Of a stretch of DNA of 64,000 nucleotides, positions 10,929-23,201 are shown piece by piece. A model generated the notes under the pieces. The model was given only the letters and a program-made list of their open reading frames with translations, was not told where the DNA came from and searched no databases. The translations under genes and the position numbers were made by a program. Source of the stretch: Schizochytrium sp. TIO01 (Eukaryota > Protista > Bigyra: Labyrinthulomycetes); NCBI GenBank assembly GCA_004764695.1, contig SMSO01000031.1, forward strand, positions 348,436-412,435, given 5' to 3'. The first letter of the stretch is position 1. Each line of letters starts with the position of its first letter.

Positions 10929-11072
10929 TCTTAAGTAGTTGTTGGCGAAGTGTATGTTGCCCAGGTCGCCGCGCTTTGCAGCGGTGCGCTTGAAGTTGCG
11001 GCCCTCCGCCACTACTACCGCGGGCACGGCCGCGCCGCGCTCACAGCGCTCCTCAGGGCCGCCGCGACGCAT
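9362..11072 (-). CDS. Ankyrin-repeat protein with C-terminal F-box-like motif (joined across two apparent 1-nt frameshifts)
   Basis: Ankyrin motifs GDTALLAAAR, GETALHLAS, ESPVFFAAR, GDTALEQA. F-box-like LLMLQMPSTALQGIFAYLDTGELGCVRRVSSSW. One extra base at 10519-10522 and one at 9937-9940 fuses three ORFs. ATG at 11072; N-terminal poly-S/poly-N. Confidence 0.72.
10867..10926. repeat. (TTG)n(CTG)n trinucleotide tract encoding poly-Ser/poly-Asn on the - strand
   Basis: Read directly. Confidence 0.9.
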
Positions 11073-13832
11073 CTCGCCAGCGACGCTTCGACTTTGGTTC
11101 TCTTTTGCTGTTCTCTCCTTACTTTCGACATGCTTTCCTCTTTCTTTCTTTTTCTCTTTCTGTTTCAAGAGTTCTAGGAGCGGTTGATTGGGCTTAGAGG
11201 GAAGCGCGCAGCACCGTACTATGATTAACTGTAGTAGACGTTACCAGGGTGTACGATAACAAAAGGACCCATCTCTAGTCATGAGTTGCGGCGTGGCTTT
11301 GCAGGCATGGTCGAAACATCGACGAGGGGCTGCCTCAAATATACAGCTTAAATGGACGCCTTAGGTATATGTTTGATTGAAGCCTGGGAGCTCGTTCGCT
11401 CGCCTGGCTTTCAGGCTAATCAATAGAAAGATGTCGAGAAAGGCGAACGAAATGCATGATGGGGTGTGTACCTTATAGTTTCAGGTAGCGGCTGTGCCTT
11501 AAGACCTCTTTGGGCTCTCAACGGCTCGCTGGAGAAAGAGGCCCTCTTTTGCGCGACTTCTTGGCACAGAGCCGCTGTATCGAAGCCACAGGAGGTGTCT
11601 CCTCACACGGCTTGTGAAGGACTGATTGCCTACACCTCTTTGACCTAAGTCGTCGTATGGGTCATCAGATGACACGCACAGCGCCAACCCAGTAAATGTT
11701 ATTAGGAGTTAGTTATACGAAAGTACTAGGAGTGCCTGTTGAGACTATCAATCTATCCTCGCCAAACCCAGGAATCTGCTCGACTTTTCGATGCAGAAAC
11801 GTTGATCAGCGCCTGGGAAGATCCAGAACAGGTCCTTATGGTGCTCTCCTCTGATGGTACCTCGGGTACCTCGCTATTTTTGATTCCCAAGCTCTCTTGC
11901 CCAGGTGTATCCACTTTCACCTTCACATCCACCCCTCTCTCTACTCCTGTATTATACTCACACACGCCAAATACGTTCTCTATTGGCCGTTCTTTTAGCC
12001 CTTAGTCGATTTGTTCTGCTCTCATCTTCTGACCTTTCACTCTTTTCTGCGATACATCCTGACTCCCAACTTGTATGTATCGAGACATGATAGCAACTCC
12101 ATGTCATTGTTCGACCCGTATATAGTCTTCTAGCGCGCCGAGGGACCCTCGCAAATGGGATGAGAGCACTCCATGGCGGATGGCGTGGCCAAGAGTAGAA
12201 CACAACCTTGACGGTCTCCGGAATCAGAAGGTATGAGCAGGTCAAGGAGCACGGCAGAATAGTGGTGTTCCGTTGTCAATTTCTGTGCATGGCTGACCAC
12301 TGAGGTCGTTCGTTTCTTCTATCTGCTTACTTTTATTCCCTCGGCCTTAGAGATCTAAATGTGATGATCAGGTTCTGCCTCCATTAAATCGCGTGCTATG
12401 TACTAGGGTGCACTTAGTGCAAATGATAGCACACGGCTGTTTCTTCTATTGTGGTGTACGGTGGAGTAGGTACCTAGCTAGGTATAGGTAACTACTACTA
12501 GTGGTAGCACCTAGATACTCAGCTATAGCACCTGTTCTGGACTCATTTGTTATTGCGAATTGGTGATTCATATCCTCGATCTGATTGGTTATGCTGATGC
12601 AACGAATTTGTTTGGGATGATCGCAGCATGGCTGCAGTATTGTGTTCGCCACTCTTCTTCACACAAGTTGTGACGAGATCAAGCCATATATATTTTCAGC
12701 TATCTCCAGTCCGCAATCATGAATTATAGTTGCATGCGATTAACTTTTTACGAATAAAATAAAAATGTAAAAACATAAAATATATAAATCGCCTTTTCCG
12801 CTAATCCGAATTCTGAAAACAGGGTAGGTAAGTAGTCGGAGAAATCACCATTCAGAAGCGCCAAAGGTACTCTTTCAAGGACGTTTCCCCAAAGGGCTGT
12901 CTCTCATCGAGCATTCATAAACCAGACCAGACGTGAGCTTTTAACCCTGAAACTTCAACTCGAGGTGTTCCACTCTTCGCTCCACTGTTCCACAGACAGG
13001 CTACTCCCGCATTCCTCACAGTAGCCCAAGTAGACTATAGCGTGTTTGGCCTATAGTGCGTAGGAATAGTCCACTTGCCACCTCTCGAATACTATAGAGC
13101 GTTCTTTTTTTAAGTTGACTGTGCGGACTATGGGGATGACTCGTTGATCGATAGGGAAGAAGAGTGTTTGGATAAATGAATGAATGAATGCCTTCTCTGT
13201 GAGCGGCTCGGGCTCTGCGCACGCACGGCCCGGCAGAACTGCTTGGCTGACGGCAGCACAAGCGGCCGGCCCGGCGATTGGGGCGAGGAAGCGGCGGCAG
13301 CAGCACAGCGGCGGCTCGGACGGGGCCCGCCCGGAGCAGGGCTTGGCAGGTCGGGAGATCGATCGATCGATTGATTCGAACGTCCAAACATCCAAACATC
13401 CAAACATCGAAACCGCTGCGGCGCTTGTTTGGGCAGGAGCGGGGAGGATTAAGGTCGGCGAGAGAGCGGAGGGTAGACTGGTAGGTAGGGAATTGGACGT
13501 ACAAAGTACTCTCGCTGGTGACGGCACCGACGCGAACAGTGGTAGCTGCACCTTCGTCAACTTCTTCAACCCACCTGCAACTTCAGCGACACGAACGAAG
13601 ATAACAACAAGTGCGAATACGAAATTTGTGGCAGTTCATCCGAATACCTTTTTGGGGGAGGTACCATTCTGGTTGGTTGAGAACCGACTTAAACCTAAGT
13701 TCTGGGTCACACGCAGAGCCAGACTTGAGAATATATTTTACTTTCTGAATCAAATTTCTGTATCAAAGTCAGAATCTAATTCAGGATCAAAATTGGAATT
13801 ACACGGGCGAGGATCATCAATATCAAGATCAA

Positions 13833-16409
13833 ATGCAAGGACAGGTTCGAGAGCAAGATCAGGACGCAGCCCAAGAGCGGCAGCGGAGTCATGGGCGAGG
13901 CGATGGAAATAAAACCCTCAGCAGCAACGTAGACAACAGCAACGAGGACGTGAGGAACATCGAACTTCACAGCAGCAATCTCGGCAGTTCAACCAACAAT
14001 GAAATCAACAGTGACAATAACGTAAACTTTGGCTACGCACAGGCACCACTAGACGACGGTACAATGCCAAGGAGTTACTTCGTCACACCACAACAACAGC
14101 AGGAGCAGCAACAGATAAGGAAAAGGTTGCGTTTGGATAGCAACATCAAGACCAAAAACCAACAACCTTCATCAGACGCACAGAACGACCCAGATACGCA
14201 GACACAAGTTGCAGACGCACCAACGCACACAACGACGGCAGCGCAAGATGGCGCTCAAAATAGTAGACCCTCTGCATCCTCGCGGAAACGCGTGGAGGCG
14301 TATAACAATGATCTTCTCACTCCCGCCCCGAAAAGGCGAGCTTCAGGGTCAGCCCAACAACAACAACAACAACAACAGCAGCAGCAGCAACAGCAGCAGC
14401 AACAACAGCAACAGCAACAACAGCAGCTACAGCAGCACTACCATGCTGCCACCGCTGCTGCTGTTGCTGCAGCAACTTCGAGCGCTACTGCAGCAGCAAA
14501 CATGGCTGCAGTAAATGCTCAAGCGGTCGCTGCAGCAAATTCTGCACTGTCTCCTCATGCAGTAGCAGTAGTAGCAGCAGCAGCTCGCGATCAGTCTATC
14601 TTGAGTCCGCCCACGCTGAGCGTCTGGGGCACTCCTCACCCCGCGATGACGCCTCGCGAGACGTTGCTCACTACACCACGGCACACGCCATACGTGACAG
14701 CCACATCCCCACAGCACAGTCAAAATCAGACTCAGCACCAGCAGGCCCACAATATTATGCACCAGCACTCCTCACCTGAGCTTGACTCACCAAGTAGTCG
14801 TGGACTTACCACCCGCCAACCATCATCCAGCCCTGACTCGAGAGCAGCCTCTGGGGGGTCACGCCAGCGACGACGACACCGCAAGTCCCGGTCGAAACTT
14901 CTTGCCGTTCATAAAATGCCGTATTCGTTCAAGTCTCTGAGACAAGCCCTAGGTGATACAGATATCACCAAAGAGGATTTCCACGCACTACAACAAAGCA
15001 TTGATGAGGCATTTCATGTGGACATCGTGGACAAAGACCTTTACGGGCGCGCATTTGTTGCAGCTATCCCAGCTCCCGGTAAAGAAACAACAGATCCTAC
15101 TCCAGGCGCCTCAAGCCTCATGCGCTCGTCTTCCTCCAGGGCAGGAGGCAGAGAACGTTCAAGCACGCTTGACGAAGCCGCTGAGGCACGCGCACAGAGA
15201 GACATGTATTATGGACAGGGTCAGGCATCCGTTTCCCTTGAGGAAGGAGACGTCGACCAAGAGCGCCTGGACGCTGCTGCCACCACAGCAGCGCTGGTTT
15301 ATGGTGATCGTGTCTCCCTCGTTGGAGGAAGATATGAAACTGTCACCTTGGAACTTGAACGCGAACACTATGACTTTATCTACGATAGACAGCGTTTTGA
15401 TCAGGTCTTTGAGCAAGCAGCCCGCACGAATGAACTAGTTGTCGACTCCGCAGGATGCGCGTATAAAATACCCTCAGAAACCCTTCGTAAGCGCTTTTTT
15501 GCGCGCAAGTGGAGTGACGGTCGTGAGGAACTCGGTGCTGTTTACAATATCATCATTGCACGGGCCCACGGAGCCCAAGCTCAATCAGACAGAGTTGCGA
15601 TGCTAGGCGAGCCCATATCTGAAGACAAGCCTCTCATACTTATGTGTGTAGATGATATCCTTCTCCTTGGGATTGAGTTCTTTAAATTCATGAGCTTTAC
15701 GCAGTGCTTCAGTCTCCGCACCTTCATGAATACCTTCCAAGCATGGCAAAAGTCATACCGTCTTGGCGACCTTACTCTCATCTATGAACCAACATCAACC
15801 GCGTCTGCCGCAACATGGTCTGCACTTGGTGGACCTCGAAGCAGGTCAAATAAAGTCAAGGATGGAAACGGAAATCCCAAGTGGAACGCAAGAATTGACC
15901 TTGACTCCAGCTCTGTCTGGCCCACTTCACGGGATGACCCACCTTCATCAACAGGGCACACCGCCACGTCTAGCAACAGAAGTGAGAACAACAGCAGCGG
16001 CCATGATAACAACAATAACAACGGCAAGACCAATCATTCTAACCAAACGCCTTCCACATCCGCATCAAATACGTCGCCGGCTGAGTCTCCCGTGCCCTCG
16101 GATGCATCTTCTAACTCGAATAACGAAACAGGTTCTCACCAAAGCGCACCTCGAACACAACAGCAACAGCATCAAGAAGCTGCATTGCCTGTGAAGGTGC
16201 TTCGTATGCAATTTTTCCGCGTAGGCAAACGAACGTTCGGCCGCGCACCTGCCATCCTCATATTGTTCAGACATTTGTATTACACTATTGCCCGCATTGG
16301 CGCTATTCGCGGCTTTTCACCTTCGACAAGCTCCCGTCAGCAAGAAAGTAAGCATCGTGCTAAACTTGCCAGGACACAAAGCTCCGCTAGCGGCAGCGAG
16401 CAAAACTGA
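13833..16409 (+). CDS. Hypothetical polyQ/polyA low-complexity protein, probably nuclear
   Basis: 858-codon ORF with Q24 at 14355-14426, basic clusters (IRKRLR, PKRR, RQRRRHRK) and an unrecognised globular central region. Confidence 0.8.
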   Translation: MQGQVREQDQDAAQERQRSHGRGDGNKTLSSNVDNSNEDVRNIELHSSNLGSSTNNEINSDNNVNFGYAQAPLDDGTMPRSYFVTPQQQQEQQQIRKRLRLDSNIKTKNQQPSSDAQNDPDTQTQVADAPTHTTTAAQDGAQNSRPSASSRKRVEAYNNDLLTPAPKRRASGSAQQQQQQQQQQQQQQQQQQQQQQQQLQQHYHAATAAAVAAATSSATAAANMAAVNAQAVAAANSALSPHAVAVVAAAARDQSILSPPTLSVWGTPHPAMTPRETLLTTPRHTPYVTATSPQHSQNQTQHQQAHNIMHQHSSPELDSPSSRGLTTRQPSSSPDSRAASGGSRQRRRHRKSRSKLLAVHKMPYSFKSLRQALGDTDITKEDFHALQQSIDEAFHVDIVDKDLYGRAFVAAIPAPGKETTDPTPGASSLMRSSSSRAGGRERSSTLDEAAEARAQRDMYYGQGQASVSLEEGDVDQERLDAAATTAALVYGDRVSLVGGRYETVTLELEREHYDFIYDRQRFDQVFEQAARTNELVVDSAGCAYKIPSETLRKRFFARKWSDGREELGAVYNIIIARAHGAQAQSDRVAMLGEPISEDKPLILMCVDDILLLGIEFFKFMSFTQCFSLRTFMNTFQAWQKSYRLGDLTLIYEPTSTASAATWSALGGPRSRSNKVKDGNGNPKWNARIDLDSSSVWPTSRDDPPSSTGHTATSSNRSENNSSGHDNNNNNGKTNHSNQTPSTSASNTSPAESPVPSDASSNSNNETGSHQSAPRTQQQQHQEAALPVKVLRMQFFRVGKRTFGRAPAILILFRHLYYTIARIGAIRGFSPSTSSRQQESKHRAKLARTQSSASGSEQN

Positions 16410-17015
16410 CCACTTTTGTACCTTTTTCATGAATAAAATGTATTTCCTTCTTTTATTCTATATTTTTAGAAGGCGCCATTGGTTATTTCTTGCAGGAATC
16501 ATATGGATGAAGCCTATCACAAGACAGAAAAGGCGAACCTGGATCTGCATTCCGCATGTAGGAAGTGAGAAAGGTCACATCTGACCTTTATATTGAACCT
16601 AGTTCCTTATACTGTGTGCTGACCTACAAATATACTTGTGGTTCTCTTCAAATACTCAACAGCATTGCGCTTAGGCAACAATTTCAAGTTGTCTGGTGTA
16701 TTACACGTGTGAGGCCAGCATAGTGTTTGAAAGGCTATTGCGAATTTTGATTTTTTTTTTTCTATGACGACTAGCTAGGAGGTCAACGGACCTTTTTATT
16801 TTCATCTAATGATTTATTTTATTTATTCACGTGGAGAGGTACAGACAGAGTTGTCAATCACCTCTTTGAGCTCTTGTACTGTGACAATAGGCTTCGAACT
16901 CTACCCTACGAGGCACTAAAGCGGAAAGAGACAAAATTTGAAGAGTGAGGTTCGGTGTTTGTCATAAGACCTTCTTGTCCATGTGCCAGGGACTGGCCTT
17001 GGAGCTCACAGCGCC

Positions 17016-19890
17016 ATGAAACAGAGCGCACCTCAAACTGACGATGACCCGAGCCTCAGGCGACAACGATATTCAAGAAAACGGGAGTACCGCATGGAGG
17101 AGTTGCGCCAGGACGATAATCTTCTTCCGCATGGACTCAAATTTGACGCAGACGGACAGCCTGTTCGGGACAGCTTAGAGGCTGTGGAGCTGGAGGAAGT
17201 CTTACGAGTTTCACCATATTATGAAGACTCTCGAACCCCAAAGTATATCAAACTACAGCAAGACAGAGAGCGGCAGCGCGAAAAGGCACGTGATCCATCC
17301 ATTCGTGCTCGAAAAAGGATAGGTCTTGTTGTGCGGGAGATGATGAAAATTGGGAACGAATTGAAGGATTTTCGTGTTGCAGCAGACAGTCTGCCAGGGA
17401 AGACCGATGCCCAAGGGCAAGTACCAAAGTTTGTTTCATCAAGATATCAACAACAGTTTAAACGACCAAGGCCACGTAGCTTGCCAGAGAGAATGCTCAA
17501 AAGGAAAGAAAGTCTTGCTGCTATTCGTGCGAGTGATTTAATAAATGATTGGAAAGAAGAAGACACCGGACATCCCGCAGATCATGAATGTAAAACTGAC
17601 ACAACTACCGAGCAGGCTGTGCAGGTTGCTATGGAAGCATCTGCTGCTCTTGAAGGTGTTCAACATCCACGTGAAATTCCAGGTAGGCGGGATATTGTAA
17701 TCAATCATGGCCATGCACCTAAGTTCTATGGTGTTAAGCGACACCCACCCCCTGGCCGCCTTCCTACCACTCTGGACACCCCAGAAGGGAGGTCTGCGTT
17801 TAAGGTAGTTCCAGTTACGGATTGGCGCACTGCGCCGGAAGAAGTAGTCCTTCAAAAGGCATACGCCTACATGCTTGACAACGTCGCCGTATCAGAAGAA
17901 GTAGACCTGGCCATAACATCATCCTCGGAAATGGATACGAATCTTAAAAGGTTTTTTGACGCAAATATTGGTGCAGGATTTTGGAATGATGAAGTGACAT
18001 CGTCTGTGGCAGAACCAATGGGAATGGACGCATTTTGTGCTCGCAGATCGGAACAAGAAGTCAATGCTCCGAGTGCTGCGGGTTTTAAAGCAGAAGCTGT
18101 TCAGGAGGAACCACCAAATGAACTTCGGACTGAGAAGTTTCAGCGGGTTGACCCAAGACCATTGAAACTGTCTCCTAAACATGCACAGTCAAGTAAACCC
18201 GCGCCTGAATTTCAATCTGAATGTGCAGATGATCCATTGGACATTCCAAGTATTATTTCAGGGAAGGTTTTCCGATTCTCCCAGGAAGCCACTGAGGCAT
18301 GTACTATGATACAAAGAGCGTGGAGACGTGTATATTACCGTAAAGTACGAGCAGCCACACTTATTCAGAAAATTGCTCGAGGAATGTCTGCACGCTTGCG
18401 TACAGAGCTTTTGCGTCGTGAGAAGGTGGCTATGATAATCCTCATCCAAACACAATTTCGAGGATGGCTTGGTCGACGCATTCTTGATTACCTTCGTATG
18501 GCGAAAAGTTATAACTTAAGTCTTCAAGGCCTAGCAAAATGGGAGCTTGTTAAAATCCCTGAAAACATAAAGCTCTCCCTGGCGCGCCAACGTGCTGAAG
18601 AAGCACGTCAGAGACGTGATCGTGCAGTAGGAAGCCGATTAACAAATATTCAGTCACGAATTCGGAAAACAATTGCCAAGCGTATTGTAAGTGAGCTTCG
18701 ACGCATACGATTTTATCAAACCATCGTTGCAGTTCACTTACAGCGCGTCTTTCGGGGAAACAAAACACGCCATGAACTCATTCTCCTTAAAAGAGCAGTT
18801 AAAATTGGCGTTTCAAACATCCAAGCCCACTTTCGAGGCAATCGCCAGCGCAAACAATATAAAGAATTAATGGCCAAACGCAACCGCATGGCTGTTCATG
18901 TACAGCGTATCTATCGAGGTCATCTTGGACGCCAGCAAGCTACTCATAGTCGTTTGGAAATTGCAAGTGCTACCAAGATGTGCGCTTTGGCACGAGGTCA
19001 CGCAGCTCGTTCTTTCGTCTCAAGATGGCGAATATCTCGAATTGAGGCAGAGCGACGCCGTCTGGCCTTAGAAAATGTCGAAATCCGGAAGGCTCTCATT
19101 GCAGAGTCCAAGTTGACACAGGACTATCTCAAATCTGCTGAAGGTAAAGTAGAATTTCGTATTGAAGTTCGACGGGCCAAAGCTGCAAGAACTGTTCGTA
19201 AAGAGGCTCGACAGAAAATGGCTCCAGAAGAGCTTCGCAAAAGCTATGCAGAAGAAGCATTCGAGCTTTTTGATCTCGATGGATCAGGAGAAATTGATGA
19301 ATCTGAATTCAAGAAAGCTGTTGCCGAGCTTTGCTTACCTCTAACGAAAAGCTCAAATTCAAGCAGCACTTGAAGCCATGGATGAAGACGGCAATGGGGT
19401 GGTCACGTTGGAAGAATTTGTAAACTGGCATAGCGATCCAAATCACAAAGCAAACCAAAAGAAAGCAAAGAAAAAGAATATTCGACCTTCAACAGCAAAG
19501 TCTTACAAGGATAAACCTGCACGACACGTGCTCGAAACCAAAGCAGGCAACGAAAATGACTATGATAGCGAAGAGGATGAGGATGCTGGTGAATATGTCA
19601 TCATGTATGGGAAACAAAAACACGGGGCTGGGGAGAAAGCCCAGTTTGCATGGGCAAAAGCTGCAGAACAGGTAAATGCCACTGTAGCAACTGCTATCAA
19701 GCTAAAGCTGAAAGCCACCAAGGCTATGCGCGATCTCTCTGGGTTCACAGATCGAAGGTCTGCTTCAAGAGGGATTTATGCAAGAAGGGCTGAAGCTGCG
19801 CGTGTGAAAACAAGAGAGGAATACCGTAAGGCACACCCTGCGGATATGTGGTATTACACTTTCGTTCACAAAAAGAAGAAAATGGCTTGA
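17016..19890 (+). CDS. IQ-motif (calmodulin-binding) protein with C-terminal EF-hand pair (one apparent frameshift)
   Basis: About 8 IQ-like motifs (IQKIARG, IQTQFRG, LQRVFRG, IQAHFRG, VQRIYRG...). EF loops DLDGSGEIDESE and DEDGNGVVTLEE. Removing one A at 19347-19350 gives ...LPLTKAQIQAALEAMDEDGNG. Confidence 0.82.
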
Positions 19891-20033
19891 GCCGCAATTG
19901 TCATTCTTTAGTGCTTAACACGGTGGTTTCTGACCAAGCTTTAAAAATTTACTTGGAATCTTTGAGAAATGTCGATAATGAAGTTGTATTATAAGAATTT
20001 TGGCCTTGTTCTAGCTTTTGAAAATCATTAAAC

Positions 20034-22187
20034 CTAGTCGGATCTATGTGTTTCTTCTTGTTCCTCTGTGCCTTGCTTTGCTTTAGATAAGTCCACATTG
20101 TTCACGTCTTCCTCATTACCGGTACTCTCATCGGGCTCGATTGTAGCATCTGAGGCTGATTGAGTTGCATTATCCTTCTCTGCTTTCTCCTCTAAAGATC
20201 CCTCATCAACCGCTTGTAGTTCTGAGTCATGCTCAGCTTCTTTCGACTCGCCAATTTTGAGGTTGCCATCATCATTATGATCATCATCATCCTCACTATG
20301 CTTGCTCTCTCTTTGGCTGCTCAACGCCGATTGTTTGATAGGTGCGGACCCTTGGATTTCTTCCACTATATCGTTATCGTTATCATCAAGTTTGCTTTCG
20401 CTCTGTTGCTTTAAAGGAGGCTGGCTTGGGGGACCTGGAGCCGTTTTAAGTGGTGCATCTTCATTGAACTTGCTCTCACTTTTTTGTCTGGGAGGTGGCG
20501 CACTTGGAGGGCCAGGGACAACCCTCTCAGAGCCTTCTTCTACTCCCTCTGACTTGGTTTCAGCTTTACTTCGTGAAGAAAGCCTTGCAGAAAGCGGAGT
20601 GGTAAGTTCAACTTTTTCGTTGTCGTCTAGCTTGCTTTCTTGCTTGCTTCGAGCGGAGAGCTTGCTAACAGGATCGTGCATCGCTTCAATATGAATGCCT
20701 TCGTCAACATCACTTCCCTGGGCTTCTTCACCTACATTGGCATATTTCGCTTCTTGATTCTTCGTGTCATCTTCGTCCTCACTGTCCTCGTCAGCGCTGT
20801 TTCGACGTCGGAAACTGTTGTTGCTATCATTTTCTAAGATTTCAAGTGCGTTTTCATCGCGTGGAGTTATAAGGTCCTGCACGCTGGCAAGATCTGTCCC
20901 AGGGACACTACCCTGGATTGTCATTGTGCTATACCCAACACTGCTACTATTTTCCATGTTTGTACTCCGCCTTCCAATCATAGATTCTTCTTCTTCCTCC
21001 TCTTCACTAGACCGGTTATTCTCATCTCTATCAAAAATATCCTCTTGGTTCTCTTCCTCATCTTCGCTTTCATGATTATACTTTGACTCAGCTTCAGCTG
21101 CCGCTTTTGCTTTTTCTGTTACCTCTGCTGCTAGAGCCTCTTCTTCTTCTTGTTCTTTCTGTATACGTTTTTGATTTTGCTGCTGCTGATAGTCAATGTT
21201 AAGATTAAAATCACTGCTGCTAGATGGAGTCGGCTTCAACCCCATTGCAACATCTCCATATGCCTTTTGGATATTTCCCCAGCGCTGTTCTTCTCGTTGT
21301 TGAAGTCTAGGGCTTCTTTTCAAAGCGGCACCCTTTGCACTGCCTTTCATTGATTTACCACCGCTAACTATCCGGGATGCCTTTGCCATAGGCCCCCGAC
21401 GCTTCCGAGCAACCTCTACAGCTTGCTTTGCCGCAAGATATGAGTTTCGCAAAGTGATCGTAATACCATGATCTGTTCCAAGGTGAGTCTCGCTGATATC
21501 AACACCCTTACGGTAAGAGTCAATAGCCATCTCGAATCTCTTGAGAAATTCTTGTTCAACGCCAATATTATGATAAGCGATTGCTAAAACTGCAATTCGA
21601 TCTGCACTTGCTGCTGCAGGGCCCGAGCCCGAGCCCGACAAGGCGCTCGGGAAGAGCTCTTCCTGAAGTTGAATCAATGCAGCTTGGGCGTGCTCCAACG
21701 CACCTGCATGCCTACCGAGTTGGGAAAGCACAGCACACAGGTTCAAGTGTGTGTCTGCTCGATTGGTCACATTATCTAGTCTTGATTCTACTTTCAAGGC
21801 CTTTTGTAAGTACTGCAGGGCAGCATGTAGTTTACCTGTACGCCGGAAGTAGCAGGCAAGGTTGTTGTATGTGACTGCGCGACCTCGGTCATCACGCTCC
21901 GTCAGAATCTCGGCTTTCTTAAGAAGTTCCAAGACCATGGAGAACTCCTCCTGTTGCAAGTATGTCATTGCTAAAAGGTTACACATTTGGCCGACTGTTG
22001 TACAAGCAGACCACACCTCGTCGCTCGACGGGCCAAAGAAATGTTGCCTCAAGACCAGGCCTCGCTCCATACACTCCAAAGCCTCAAGATACTTGCCCTG
22101 CTGCTGAAGTCTAGTGCTTGTCTCATCAATTCGATGCAGCGCCAGCAACTCTGCGTTGCCTTCGCCCCCACGCTCCATGTTGCTCAT
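20034..22187 (-). CDS. Tetratricopeptide-repeat protein with long acidic tail
   Basis: TPR helices (AVTYNNLACYF, ADTHLNLCAVLSQLG, AIAYHNIGVEQEFL) followed by a D/E-rich C-terminus. ATG at 22187. Confidence 0.85.
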   Translation of the reverse strand: MSNMERGGEGNAELLALHRIDETSTRLQQQGKYLEALECMERGLVLRQHFFGPSSDEVWSACTTVGQMCNLLAMTYLQQEEFSMVLELLKKAEILTERDDRGRAVTYNNLACYFRRTGKLHAALQYLQKALKVESRLDNVTNRADTHLNLCAVLSQLGRHAGALEHAQAALIQLQEELFPSALSGSGSGPAAASADRIAVLAIAYHNIGVEQEFLKRFEMAIDSYRKGVDISETHLGTDHGITITLRNSYLAAKQAVEVARKRRGPMAKASRIVSGGKSMKGSAKGAALKRSPRLQQREEQRWGNIQKAYGDVAMGLKPTPSSSSDFNLNIDYQQQQNQKRIQKEQEEEEALAAEVTEKAKAAAEAESKYNHESEDEEENQEDIFDRDENNRSSEEEEEEESMIGRRSTNMENSSSVGYSTMTIQGSVPGTDLASVQDLITPRDENALEILENDSNNSFRRRNSADEDSEDEDDTKNQEAKYANVGEEAQGSDVDEGIHIEAMHDPVSKLSARSKQESKLDDNEKVELTTPLSARLSSRSKAETKSEGVEEGSERVVPGPPSAPPPRQKSESKFNEDAPLKTAPGPPSQPPLKQQSESKLDDNDNDIVEEIQGSAPIKQSALSSQRESKHSEDDDDHNDDGNLKIGESKEAEHDSELQAVDEGSLEEKAEKDNATQSASDATIEPDESTGNEEDVNNVDLSKAKQGTEEQEETHRSD

Positions 22188-23201
22188 CAAGGTAGCTTTG
22201 CAACGCTCAGCACGATATTAATACGAACAAACAAATTCTGGTGCACTAGGACTGGCTTGCTTGTATGAATCGCACAAATAGAAACTCCAGCAAAAGCCCC
22301 TCGAAAGGCTTCGCAGTGTTCCCTGCTGCGTAGAGCAGGAATCGTGCCTGCCTGCCACCACTTGCAAGGTTGAATTAAATCTGTATTTTCCCTCAACCTA
22401 TTACTGACTAATTCTCCCGCTTTAATTATCAAAGTTGGGTTCCTGCCTTCTACTATAGCAATGCACTGGTGCAGATGAATATAGAAAATAATGTCAACTC
22501 CAGGGTTAAACGGCTAGCTGAGTCAATGTACTCGAGTATTAGGTGATAGAGACTTTCACTTATCGATTATCTCTTGACTAGGCAGATCAAAACCACACCT
22601 TGGGAGATTTGTGTATCATAAGAGTGAAAAACTTGTATGAAAGGCACTCTCACCTATTTTACGCAGGAGCTGATGAGGTTTCTAAATCTGGGTGTACCGT
22701 GCTCCAAATTTTATATTTTAAATTTAAAAAAACATACTTTATTATTATTTATCATTAAAACATGTTTCATTGTGCTCTATTTAACATTTATAATGCTGAT
22801 GAAATATAAATTCCTCTAGCAATACAAAGTTTGGAAACTATTGGTTTTGAGATTGATTTTTTTCTAATTTCAACATAAAGCATGATTTTATTTTGAAGAA
22901 TTTGGATGGATGAATATATTGCACATTAGAAACAATATGTTTGGATCGAGCAAGAAAAAAGACTATTGAAACATACTGAATTGGAGGAAGTACCATTAAA
23001 CAATTTCATTTATGGTCATGACTGTTGCATATCTGCAATTTATCTATCTTTAAATCGGTTTGTTCATGTAACAGGGGAGCTCACAAGCATGATGTAACTT
23101 TTTTTAAATATAGTATAAGAGAGGCTTTCGGACGACAATCAAGGCTTCTGGAACTCTAGTTTTCAAAAGTACGCTGGTTTGCAAGTATCTAATTATCATA
23201 G

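Noticed and set aside
13016-13912. Overlapping 160-240 aa ORFs in GC-rich upstream regions, and antisense ORFs over Rieske, RPB2, CAP-H and Rab11
   Set aside because: These are shadows of GC-rich or codon-biased sequence and microsatellites, with no recognisable protein features.
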